Assembly: GCA_026395895.1 (NCBI GenBank)
Contig: JAPLXV010000021.1
Span: 1-54,700, forward strand
Direction: 5' to 3'
DNA from: Candidatus Nomurabacteria bacterium
GTDB lineage: Bacteria > Patescibacteriota > Minisyncoccia > Phycocordibacterales > UBA9973
DNA: 54,700 nucleotides
Of the stretch, positions 1 to 9,212 are shown piece after piece. How positions within the stretch are numbered: the stretch's first letter is position 1; each line of letters opens with the position of its first letter. The notes below the pieces were generated by a model. It searched no databases and was not told where the DNA came from. It saw nothing but the letters and a program-made list of their open reading frames with translations. A program made the translations under genes and the position numbers.

Positions 1-998
1 TACCAAGCGGGGGAGAAAGTGACTATACCGCTCCCACCATAAGTGGTAATTATTCTAAAGGAATAGAAGGAAAAATAACTGTTTCAATTTATTACACTGG
101 AAATGGTGTTAGCTTTAGTGTAGGTGGAATTGCAAGCGGTGGCGGTATTGTTACTACTACCACACCTCAACCGATTGGAGACTCTGGTTTGTATATAAAA
201 TTTCCAAGTACTACCTCTTCTAATGTTACTGAATGGGTCATCAATATTCCTAACAAAAAAGCATCCGACTATTTAACTAATTACAATGCATACCAAGTAG
301 CCCTAGAAAATCAAAATCAAACGGTAAAAAATGCGCAAGCATCTCTTGACCAAGCTAACGCTTCCTTGGCTGCATTATTGACTCCTGCTCGCTCAGAAGA
401 TATCGCACAAGCGCAAGCGAATGTAGATAGTATAATTGCTAAAATTCAAAATGCTAAAATTATCGCGCCTATCAGTGGCGTCATTACGCAGTTTGATGCA
501 AAAGTTGGTCAATTTGCATCTTCAAGTGTGCCTCTCGTTTCCATAATATCAAGTGGTGGTTATGAAATAGATTCAGGTGTTTCTGAAACTGATATTGGAA
601 AAATTTTGATTGGTAATAAAGTTACAATGACACTTGATGCTTTTCCGAATGAAACTTTTACTGGGACAGTATTTTATATTGCCCCGTCGGAAACAAATGT
701 ACAAGGAGTGGTGGACTATCAAGTTAAAATTTCTTTTGACAAATCTGACCCGCGATTAAAAAGTGGATTAACCACCAATATTGATATCCAAACAAAACAC
801 AAAGATAATATTTTAGTTCTTCCACAATATGCTATTCTGCAAAACGACCAAGGAACATTTGTGGAGACACTTGAAAATAATGTAATTAAACAAAATCCTG
901 TAACACTTGGCATCGCAGATCAAAAAGGAAATGTTGAAATAATCTCCGGTGTTACTTTAGGCGAACAAGTTCTAAACATTGGACTTAAAGCGCAATGA
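1..998 (+). CDS. HlyD/MacA-type periplasmic adaptor subunit of an ABC efflux system (5' end outside window)
   Basis: The frame is open from nt 3 with no stop. It has a coiled-coil segment (QASLDQANASLAALL...AQAQANVDSI) followed by adaptor beta-barrel-like motifs (IIAPISGVITQ). An ATGA overlap joins it to the downstream ABC ATPase. Confidence 0.8.
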   Translation, partial: PSGGESDYTAPTISGNYSKGIEGKITVSIYYTGNGVSFSVGGIASGGGIVTTTTPQPIGDSGLYIKFPSTTSSNVTEWVINIPNKKASDYLTNYNAYQVALENQNQTVKNAQASLDQANASLAALLTPARSEDIAQAQANVDSIIAKIQNAKIIAPISGVITQFDAKVGQFASSSVPLVSIISSGGYEIDSGVSETDIGKILIGNKVTMTLDAFPNETFTGTVFYIAPSETNVQGVVDYQVKISFDKSDPRLKSGLTTNIDIQTKHKDNILVLPQYAILQNDQGTFVETLENNVIKQNPVTLGIADQKGNVEIISGVTLGEQVLNIGLKAQ

Positions 999-1702
999 TT
1001 GAAGTAAGTGATTTAAAAAAAGAATACCTAGAAGAAGAAACACCGACTAGAGCTCTCCGTGGAGTAACTTTTTCTATTGAAAAAGGGGAGTTCGTTTCCG
1101 TGATGGGACCTTCCGGTTCCGGTAAATCTACTCTTCTTCATATCTTGAGTTTTCTCGATCGGCCAACTGGCGGATCCTATAAATTTCAAGGAAAAAGTAT
1201 TGATGAGATGACAGATAAAGAGCTCGCCCAAGTTCGCAATAAAGATATGGGCTTTGTTTTTCAATCATTCAATTTACTTTCTCGATTGACGGTATATGAC
1301 AACGTTGAAATACCACTTCTTTATTCCGATATTCCACCTAGCAAGCGCGCTACTCTGGTGGAAGAAGCGGTTCGGTCTGTCGGACTTGAAGAAAAATTAC
1401 ATACTGAAGCTGGCAAACTCTCCGGTGGTCAAAAACAACGTGTAGCTATTGCCCGAGCGCTGGTAACCGACCCCAATATTATTTTTGCTGATGAGCCCAC
1501 AGGTAATCTTGATTCGGAGTCAGGTTTGCAAGTTATGGAAATACTTGAATCACTAAATGACAAAGGTCGCACTGTGGTATTAGTAACGCACGAAACTCAA
1601 ACTGCCGAATTTGCTAATCGCATTATTAGAATAAAGGATGGCATGATTGAAAGTGATAAAGAAATTATCGCCAATCGTCATCATCGTGGTAATTTAAAAT
1701 AA
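995..1702 (+). CDS. ABC transporter ATP-binding protein (MacB/LolD type)
   Basis: Walker [13 protein letters not shown] signature LSGGQKQR and Walker B IIFADEPT are all present. Confidence 0.95.
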   Translation: MIEVSDLKKEYLEEETPTRALRGVTFSIEKGEFVSVMGPSGSGKSTLLHILSFLDRPTGGSYKFQGKSIDEMTDKELAQVRNKDMGFVFQSFNLLSRLTVYDNVEIPLLYSDIPPSKRATLVEEAVRSVGLEEKLHTEAGKLSGGQKQRVAIARALVTDPNIIFADEPTGNLDSESGLQVMEILESLNDKGRTVVLVTHETQTAEFANRIIRIKDGMIESDKEIIANRHHRGNLK

Positions 1703-1703
1703 T

Positions 1704-2951
1704 ATGCTTTTTAGAGATGCTTTTAAAACTTCTACCCGCAGTCTGACACATGGAAAAATGCGTTCGATTTTAACCATGCTTGGTATCGTTATTGGTATCG
1801 CTTCGGTAATCATTCTTATGTCCATCGGACAATCAGCTCAGGATTTAATTATAAATCAAGTGCAGAGCGTCGGTTCTAATCTTATTGTGGTTATACCCGG
1901 TACACCTTCTAATGGTAAATTTTCTCCTTCTGCCGCTGAACAAGGTATTGTCGTTACTACTTTAAGACAAAAAGATATTGATGCCTTGGAGCGTGAACCT
2001 TCTATAGATGCGGCTGCACCTTTGGTTAGCGGACAAGCCGAAATTGTTTATGGAAATAATAATAAAATAGTAAGTTACCAAGGAGTAACTGCTAATATGT
2101 TTGTCATACGAAACCTTACTGTCGGAAAAGGGTTTGCTTTCACAAAAGCGGATGTTGATTCCGCAAATCATGTAATAGTAATCGGACCTGGTCTTGCCAC
2201 TACACTTTTTGGTCCTTACGTTAACCCTATAGATAAAATCATCCGAATGAAAAATATTTCGTTTCGGGTTGTAGGAGTGTTAGCGAAAGGTGGAACAGGA
2301 GCTTTCGGAGTTGACCAAGGAAATATTGCTATCATCCCTATAACTATTGCTCAGAAACAATTACTCGGAATTTCTTATTTCAGTACAGCTCTGGTTCAAG
2401 CAAATCAAAAATATGATATCACTTTTGCAGAATCACGTATAAGATTTACTTTACGTCAAAGCCATGGCATAACCGATCCGAACAAAGATGATTTCAATAT
2501 ACTAACGCAAGCGGATATTTTATCTATTCTTGGTACAATTACTTCAGTTCTGACACTTTTCTTAGCGGCTATTGCTTCTATTTCACTTATCGTCGGCGGT
2601 ATAGGTATTATGAATATTATGCTTGTCTCCGTTACAGAAAGAACCCGAGAAATTGGACTTCGCAAGGCGGTTGGGGCAACAAATAATGACATCTTGCAAC
2701 AATTTCTTATTGAATCGGTTTTACTAACTTTTATAGGCGGAATAATAGGTATTGCCATAGGCGCAGGTATTGTAGGGCTTATTTATTTTGTGCTTTCAAC
2801 TTTCTTTTCTATCGGCTGGGTTTTTGCTTTTCCGATTTCAGCTGTAATTTTAGGACTTGCGGTATCTGGTATTGCCGGTATGGCTTTTGGAATTTATCCG
2901 GCTTATCAAGCTGGCAAAAAAAATCCAATTGATGCATTACGATATGAATAA
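1704..2951 (+). CDS. ABC transporter permease, FtsX/MacB family with extracytoplasmic domain
   Basis: N-terminal TM helix, ~230 aa non-membrane domain and a C-terminal FtsX-type TM bundle (GIMNIMLVSVTERTREIGLRKAVGA). It starts 2 nt after the ATPase stop. Confidence 0.9.
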   Translation: MLFRDAFKTSTRSLTHGKMRSILTMLGIVIGIASVIILMSIGQSAQDLIINQVQSVGSNLIVVIPGTPSNGKFSPSAAEQGIVVTTLRQKDIDALEREPSIDAAAPLVSGQAEIVYGNNNKIVSYQGVTANMFVIRNLTVGKGFAFTKADVDSANHVIVIGPGLATTLFGPYVNPIDKIIRMKNISFRVVGVLAKGGTGAFGVDQGNIAIIPITIAQKQLLGISYFSTALVQANQKYDITFAESRIRFTLRQSHGITDPNKDDFNILTQADILSILGTITSVLTLFLAAIASISLIVGGIGIMNIMLVSVTERTREIGLRKAVGATNNDILQQFLIESVLLTFIGGIIGIAIGAGIVGLIYFVLSTFFSIGWVFAFPISAVILGLAVSGIAGMAFGIYPAYQAGKKNPIDALRYE

Positions 2952-2960
2952 AAATGGTAA

Positions 2961-3030
2961 ACCCGCACACTTACTTTTTGATTGCGTCAAAGACGCGTTT
3001 GTAAAACTATCAAAGAGTAAGTGTGCGGGT
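2961..3030. repeat. Long imperfect inverted repeat (22-bp arms, 1 mismatch) with an inner GCGTC-AAA-GACGC hairpin
   Basis: acccgcacacttactttttgat (2961-2982) pairs with atcaaagagtaagtgtgcgggt (3009-3030). It lies just after the permease stop, is followed by an A-run rather than a T-run, and a TATAAT sits at 3042-3047. Confidence 0.6.
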
Positions 3031-3127
3031 AAAAAAAGTAGTATAATAATTTTATGAGGAGTGAAACTAAAACTTGTCAAAACCCCGAACGAAAGCGTAG
3101 CTTCATACGGGGCAGGCTGTAAAAAAT

Positions 3128-4837
3128 ATGGAAACTAGAACATGTCAAAATTGTAAAATAGAGTTTGTAATAGAAAAGGAGGATTTCAAATTTTATGAAA
3201 AAATAAAAGTCCCTCCGCCAACTTTTTGTCCGGAATGCAGACTAATCCGACGACTTAGTTGGAGAAATGAACGCTCTTTGTTTCATGCAAAATGTGATAA
3301 TTGTGAGAAAAAAATATTTTCTTCATACGCCTCAGACAGTATTTCCCCCGTTTTTTGTAAAGATTGCTGGTTTTCTGATGCTTGGGATCCTCTTGCTTAT
3401 GGAAAAGAATATGATTTTTCTAAACCATTTTTCTTACAATTTAAAGAATTATTTAATAAAGTTCCAAAACTTAATCTTTTTCATATAAATTCTAAAAATT
3501 CTGATTATTCTAATATAATTAGGGATTGTAAAAATGTATATCTTTCATATTCTATAGTAGAAGGAGAAGATATTTTTTATTCTAAAGATATCGATCATTC
3601 GAGACAAATTTTTGATAGTCTTACCATAAATGATTGTGAAAAATCAGCTTTTCTCGTTTATTGTGCAAACGATTACAACGTCATTTATTCTATAACTGTC
3701 TTAGATTGTTTTGATTCAATGTTTTTATATGATTGTCGAAACTGCTCTAATTGTTTTATGTCAGCCAATTTACGTAATCAACAATATGTATTCAGAGAAA
3801 AAAAATATCCAAAAGAAGAATATTTTAATTTAATAAGTAAAATTAATACCGGTAGTTATGAAGAATTCGAGAAATTGATTGTGGAATTTGAAAAAATGAA
3901 AGAAAGAGCAATTCATCGATATTCTCAAGTGGGTAAATTAGTTATTAATTCGACAGGCGATGCAATTTCTAACACTCGAAACTCTAGAGAATGTTTCAAC
4001 GCATATGATATGGAAAATACTAAATGGACTTATCGATGTTTTGCCTTAAAAGATGCCTATGATTCTAATTACGGAGGACTTAATTCGGAATTGGTGTATG
4101 AATTTATTTCTGGAGGAAAAGAACAGAGTAAAGCTTTTTTTACAGTAGCTGCTATGAATTTTTTGCGTGATACTTACTATACTGGTTGGAGTAATGGATT
4201 TAAACTTTTTGGTTGTTTTGGTGTTAGAAATGGAAAGTATTGTATTCTAAATAAACAATACACAGAGGAACAATATGAGGAACTGGTTCCAAAGATAATA
4301 AAACATATGGTTGAGATACCATTTGAAGGAGAAGACGGAAGAAAATACTATTTTGGTGATTTTTTTCCATTTGAATTATCTTTTTATGCATATAATGAAT
4401 CTGCAGCTCAAGAAATTTTTCCACTGACCTTTGAACAAATAAAAAATAAAGGTTATATTTATAGAGAAAGTGAAAAGAAAAAATATGAAATAACTAAAAG
4501 AACAGAAGACCTACCAGATAATATTTTTGAAATAACTGATAACATTTTAAAAGAAATTATTGAATGTGAACATAAAGGGAGATGTTTGCATCAATGTACT
4601 ACTGCTTTCAAAATACATCCAGAGGAACTTTCTTTTTATCGTAACTTTAAACTTCCAATTCCTCGTTCATGTCCAAATTGTAGATTTTATAAAAGATTAG
4701 AATATCGTAATCCTTGGAAATTGTGGCATAGAAAGTGTATGAAAGAAGGATGTCAAAATGAATTTGAAACTAGTTATGCTCCTGACAGACCGGAGATTGT
4801 TTATTGTGAGAGGTGCTATCAGCAGGAGGTTTATTAG
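3128..4837 (+). CDS. Cys-rich multi-zinc-ribbon protein, paralogue A (function unknown)
   Basis: 569 aa. N-terminal CQNCK...FCPECRLIRRLSWRNE, central repeats ending CRNCSNCF...NLRNQQY, and C-terminal CPNCRFYKRLEYRNPWKLWHRKC...CQNEFETSYAPDRPEIVYCERCYQQEVY. It is clearly homologous to 47167..48903 and 51831..53582. Confidence 0.85.
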   Translation: METRTCQNCKIEFVIEKEDFKFYEKIKVPPPTFCPECRLIRRLSWRNERSLFHAKCDNCEKKIFSSYASDSISPVFCKDCWFSDAWDPLAYGKEYDFSKPFFLQFKELFNKVPKLNLFHINSKNSDYSNIIRDCKNVYLSYSIVEGEDIFYSKDIDHSRQIFDSLTINDCEKSAFLVYCANDYNVIYSITVLDCFDSMFLYDCRNCSNCFMSANLRNQQYVFREKKYPKEEYFNLISKINTGSYEEFEKLIVEFEKMKERAIHRYSQVGKLVINSTGDAISNTRNSRECFNAYDMENTKWTYRCFALKDAYDSNYGGLNSELVYEFISGGKEQSKAFFTVAAMNFLRDTYYTGWSNGFKLFGCFGVRNGKYCILNKQYTEEQYEELVPKIIKHMVEIPFEGEDGRKYYFGDFFPFELSFYAYNESAAQEIFPLTFEQIKNKGYIYRESEKKKYEITKRTEDLPDNIFEITDNILKEIIECEHKGRCLHQCTTAFKIHPEELSFYRNFKLPIPRSCPNCRFYKRLEYRNPWKLWHRKCMKEGCQNEFETSYAPDRPEIVYCERCYQQEVY

Positions 4838-4843
4838 ATTTTT

Positions 4844-4884
4844 CCCTTAAGCTGGGCTTAGGGGACAGAAGCCCAGCTTAGGGG
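4844..4884 (+). terminator. GC-rich hairpin downstream of paralogue A (non-canonical terminator candidate)
   Basis: cccttaagctgggc (4844-4857) pairs with gcccagcttagggg (4871-4884). It is followed by aaaggggtgaggtg and has no U-tract. Confidence 0.4.
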
Positions 4885-4915
4885 AAAGGGGTGAGGTGTA
4901 TGTTATAATAAAAAC

Positions 4916-5734
4916 ATGACTTTTAAAAAACTTTGTATTGTTTTATTTTTGATATTTTCTTTACTGCCAATGCAAAAAATATCGGCACAAAGCTCTAATA
5001 CTGGTTTCGTATCAGGAAATATTTGGTATTCAAAAGATCCATTTGAAGAAGGGGATAAGATAAAGATTTATACATTAATTTTTAATCCAGATTCAAAACA
5101 ATTATCAGGTACTGTAAATTTTTTTGATAATACAGTCTTGTTGGGTAAAAAAGATTTTTCTGTAGCTGCAAATGCATCAAGCGCTATATCTATCAGCTGG
5201 ACTGCAACTGCGGGAGATCATAGTATTTTTGGCAAGATTGAAAATGCTAAATTTTTATTAGAAAATGGAAATTATCAAACAGTGTCTCTCGTTGAAAATC
5301 AAACAGAGAAAAGTTTGAGGACTGTTCCTAAAAAAATAATTCCCAAACCAGCAGATACGACTATAAATACCACTAGCACATCCGTTTCGGATATAGCAGG
5401 AAAAATTCCCACTTTTATTACTGGACCAATAATTTCTGCTGCAGGTGGTTTAGAAACATTTCGAAATAATTTAAATACCACAACAAATGATAAAAAAGAA
5501 GCAATACAAAAAGAAATAAAAGCTTTAGACAATTCTAATTTGGTAGTTGGACTATCAAAAGGAAATGCAACTATAAAGACTGACACAAATCCATTATTGA
5601 AACCATTTAAATATGTAGAAATATTTTTTCTTTCTATTTTCTCTTTTATTCTAAATAATAAAATTATATTTTATGGTATCTTGATTGTTGTTGTTTTCTT
5701 TATTCTACGTTTTATCTGGAAAAAGATATTTTAA
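4916..5734 (+). CDS. Hypothetical secreted protein with C-terminal membrane anchor
   Basis: Signal-peptide-like N-terminus (LCIVLFLIFSLLPMQKISAQ) and a C-terminal hydrophobic helix. No family was recognised. Confidence 0.6.
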   Translation: MTFKKLCIVLFLIFSLLPMQKISAQSSNTGFVSGNIWYSKDPFEEGDKIKIYTLIFNPDSKQLSGTVNFFDNTVLLGKKDFSVAANASSAISISWTATAGDHSIFGKIENAKFLLENGNYQTVSLVENQTEKSLRTVPKKIIPKPADTTINTTSTSVSDIAGKIPTFITGPIISAAGGLETFRNNLNTTTNDKKEAIQKEIKALDNSNLVVGLSKGNATIKTDTNPLLKPFKYVEIFFLSIFSFILNNKIIFYGILIVVVFFILRFIWKKIF

Positions 5735-5915
5735 AATACTAGGTGTTTCCAGGCTATTTGAATTCGGGTACGAAATGCTTGACAAATACATATAAATATG
5801 CTATCCTTTTTTTAGGTAACATATTATCATAAAAGTCATTTAAATTCTTTGATAAAAAAATACTTATCCAGTTATAAAAATAAAAAACAATAAAAAAAAC
5901 CTTTAGGAGGCAAAA

Positions 5916-6917
5916 TTGAACAGAAAAATAGTAACCCTAGTAATCTTTGGTTTGTTTTTAAGTTATAGTTTTACATCTGCACAAAACAGCCATTTCGCAG
6001 TTGGATATGCTGCTGAACAAGAAGGAAAATACTTGATAGCAATAAAAGAATACAACAAAGCTGTCAGTAATTTCCCTGGAGCAGAGAAAGACTTAAAAAG
6101 AGTTTTAAATATTTTGTTGAAAAAATATCAACATAATAGAGATAAAAATATTGAAGTTTTTATCTTAAAAACTTACAACGAAACAAAAAATTCAATCTTT
6201 AATGATTGGCTTAATGCTATCTATAAAAAAATAGTATTGTCAATTTCTAAAAAAGGAGGAAGTAAAGAATTAACTAGAAATGATGTAGAATTTCTTTGTA
6301 AATTTTGTAATCAAATATCCTGGAAAGAAAAAGCAAAGAGTTGGGATATCGTCAGAGCTCAAATATATGAAAAGGAGGCTAAAACTTCATACAACCTTAA
6401 GGAAAAAGTATATAAATTGAGAAATTCTTATGGTATATATTCAAAATACAATACTGATACAAAAAAAATATCATCTAAATTATCAGAGTTGTATCTGTCT
6501 GCTTTTCTTTTTGGTTCTTATATTGAAATAGATAATGAAGGATATTATATGGAAATTTACGAAGGAGGAAATGAAAATCTTCTTGACTCTGCAAAGTTTT
6601 TTGCAAAAAAAATTAATAATTTTTTAATTTTTAAATCTATGGCAGATAAAGCAATGAGGGATAAGGTTCATGAATATTCTTTAGGAGTATGGGTAAAAAT
6701 AAAAGTAGGAAATCCACGAACTCATTTATTAGAGTGGGAAACAGAATTTGTAAAAGCAGAAAATATACTTTGGCTAAGGACTAGTGCTTCAGAACACGAA
6801 TTCATGGAAGACAAAGTAAGGAAAGTTAATCCTATAAAAAATGCATTAGCGGTATATGAATTAATAGGCGACAAAGAAAATGCTACACGATGTAAATTAA
6901 TTTTAGGCATCAAATAA
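5916..6917 (+). CDS. Hypothetical secreted protein
   Basis: TTG start preceded by AGGAGG. Signal-peptide-like N-terminus (LVIFGLFLSYSFTSAQ). A terminator-like hairpin follows at about 6935-6960. Confidence 0.6.
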   Translation: MNRKIVTLVIFGLFLSYSFTSAQNSHFAVGYAAEQEGKYLIAIKEYNKAVSNFPGAEKDLKRVLNILLKKYQHNRDKNIEVFILKTYNETKNSIFNDWLNAIYKKIVLSISKKGGSKELTRNDVEFLCKFCNQISWKEKAKSWDIVRAQIYEKEAKTSYNLKEKVYKLRNSYGIYSKYNTDTKKISSKLSELYLSAFLFGSYIEIDNEGYYMEIYEGGNENLLDSAKFFAKKINNFLIFKSMADKAMRDKVHEYSLGVWVKIKVGNPRTHLLEWETEFVKAENILWLRTSASEHEFMEDKVRKVNPIKNALAVYELIGDKENATRCKLILGIK

Positions 6918-7009
6918 AAAATAATTAAAAAAAGGGCGGTCAGAATTGATCGCCTTTTATTGTGTAAATTTCTATTTGTTTTTTTAATTTAAGCGTGTAA
7001 AATAAGGTT

Positions 7010-7267
7010 ATGGTTCTCAGAATTTTAGCTTCTTTAATACTCCTTTTATCTATATTATATATGCCTTTCTGGGTATCTGTGATATTGGCATTGGCTGGAA
7101 TGATTTATTTCTCTTTTTTCTGGGAAGGCGTCGCCTTATTTTTTCTTTCAGACTTACTTTATGGAACAAGTGAGGCTAGATTCTTTAATATATTCTTTAT
7201 TTCAACCATCATTTCTTTTATAGTTTTAATCATAATAGAATTATCAAAAAAGAAACTACGAACTTAA
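7010..7267 (+). CDS. Small integral membrane protein (3 predicted TM segments)
   Basis: 85 aa, strongly hydrophobic, directly upstream of mrdA. An MreD-like role is only a positional guess. Confidence 0.5.
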   Translation: MVLRILASLILLLSILYMPFWVSVILALAGMIYFSFFWEGVALFFLSDLLYGTSEARFFNIFFISTIISFIVLIIIELSKKKLRT

Positions 7268-7301
7268 CGCCACAATATTATAACAGAATTCAAAATAAAT
7301 C

Positions 7302-8944
7302 ATGATTAGAAAAATATTATCAAAACAAAAAATCAAAAATGCTAATTTCTTTGTAGAACCAGACGAGATTTTTCTTGATTCAAAAAATCTACAAAATTTT
7401 GACCGCCAACAATTTGAAGGCCGAATAGAAAAACCAATTTCCAAGAAAGCTATCTTTTTTGTTGGTATTTTTTTCTTATTATTTTTGGGAGCATTTTCAA
7501 CTAGACTGGGATATCTTCAAATACAAAAAGGAGAAGCATATTTAAATAGAAGTAATAATAATGTGTTAGAAAAACAAATTATTTTTAGCGATAGGGGAAT
7601 TATTTATGATAGAAATAAAGTAGAACTTGCTTGGAATAAAAAAGGAGCAGATTTACCTACCACCATTCGTACATACTTAGCGCCCGGATTTTCACATCTT
7701 TTGGGTTACGTCAGTTATCCAATGCAAGATAGCTCTGGAAATTATTGGCAAAGTGAATTTATAGGTAAGGATGGCCTTGAAAAACAATACAATCAATCAT
7801 TAAAAGGAGAAAATGGCTCAAAAATAGTGGAGATAGATGCGCGCAAAATAGTTCATTCTGAAAATATTGTAAATGCTCCAAAACGTGGAGCTGATTTAGT
7901 AACTAGCCTTGATTCACGTATTCAGAAAGAATTGTATACTTTAATTAAAAATTTATCTGAAAGCAATTCTTTCTCGGGCGGACAGAATATAACTCTGAAA
8001 TTCTTTCCTTAGGTAAAGATGCGAACCAAATTCAAAATTATTTAGATGATAAAAGAAAAGTTTTTTTGGATAGAACCATTTCTGGTTTATATACTCCCGG
8101 TTCTATTGTAAAACCATTTTTTGCCATGGGAGCTTTAACCGAAAATGTAATTGATCCTTATAAAAAAATACTATCAACTGGTTCTATCTCAATTCCAAAC
8201 CCATATTTTCCCAATCAAAAGACTGTTTTTAAGGACTGGAGAGTTCAAGGATGGGTAGATATGCGACAAGCCATAGCTGTATCAAGTGACGTTTATTTTT
8301 ATGAAATTGGTGGTGGATTTGAAAGTCAAAAAGGTCTAGGTATAGTAAATATTGAAAAATATGCCAGACTTTTTGGTATCGGAGGAAAAACTGGAATTGA
8401 TTTGCCAGATGAAAAAGGAGGTGTAATTCCTAGCCCCGAATGGAAAATTAAAAATTTTAAGGGCGAACCGTGGCGTGTTGGAGATACTTATCATACTGTT
8501 ATCGGACAATATGGATTCCAAGTAACTCCGATGGAAATGCTGCGTGCTGTTTCTGCTATCGCAAATTATGGCACTCTTGTCACGCCACATTATATTTTAG
8601 GAGATAAAACAAAAGAAATTGCAATTTCAAAAATAGATTTGAAAAAAGAATATTTTGATGTCGTGCATGAAGGAATGAGACAAAGTGTTCTAGCGGGAAC
8701 TTCCACGGCAGTGAATGTGCCTTACGTTCAAGTTGCTTCCAAAACTGGAACAGCACAAGTTGGCGTAAGTAAAACCAAAGTGAATTCTTGGATTATTGGT
8801 TTCTTCCCATATGAAAATCCCAAATATGCTTTTACCATCATGATGGAATCTGGACCTTCTTCAGGAGGTGTAGGTGCCTCCTCTATAATGCGACAACTTT
8901 TAGATTGGATGTCAATTAATACTCCTGAATATTTTGTGCTATAA
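7302..8944 (+). pseudogene. mrdA: Penicillin-binding protein 2 (class B PBP) interrupted by a frameshift / internal lesion near nt 7980
   Basis: The N-terminal ORF (TM anchor plus PBP dimerisation-like region) stops at 8012. The transpeptidase part (SxxK in TPGSIVKP, KTG in ASKTGTAQ) is in frame +2, which is open from 7961. The conserved GG-x-MD-x-TGE-IL strand expected between ...SFSGG and EYNSEILSLG is missing. Confidence 0.8.
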
Positions 8945-8951
8945 TACCAAA

Positions 8952-9212
8952 ATGAGTAAAGTAAAAATAATTTTTGGATTGGGAATTTGGATAACAATAT
9001 TACCTTATTTAGGATTTCCATATTCTTTAAAAAATATCTTGTTTTCTATTTCCGGCTTAGGCATTATTTACTTTTGTTATCTATTATATAGAGATTTAAA
9101 AGTAGGGGAGACAGAAGAGAAGACTTTTGATAATTTTTCTGAAAATAGCAATTTTAATGAAAATGAAACAAAATCCCAAGAACATACTAATCCAAATGAG
9201 AAAGAAATTTAA
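8952..9212 (+). CDS. Small membrane protein
   Basis: ATG at 8952; two hydrophobic helices followed by an acidic tail. The longer TTG-started version at 8934 overlaps the mrdA stop. Confidence 0.45.
   Translation: MSKVKIIFGLGIWITILPYLGFPYSLKNILFSISGLGIIYFCYLLYRDLKVGETEEKTFDNFSENSNFNENETKSQEHTNPNEKEI

Noticed and set aside
9127-9195. Upstream extension of the S41 protease ORF; likewise 16220..16273 for murG, 37907..37948 for dnaB, 39294..39341 for recR, 21666..21788 for SWIB and 30263..30298 for the YerC-like gene
   Set aside because: The extensions overlap the preceding gene or promoter elements and add non-homologous residues. Internal ATGs give N-termini matching the family consensus.
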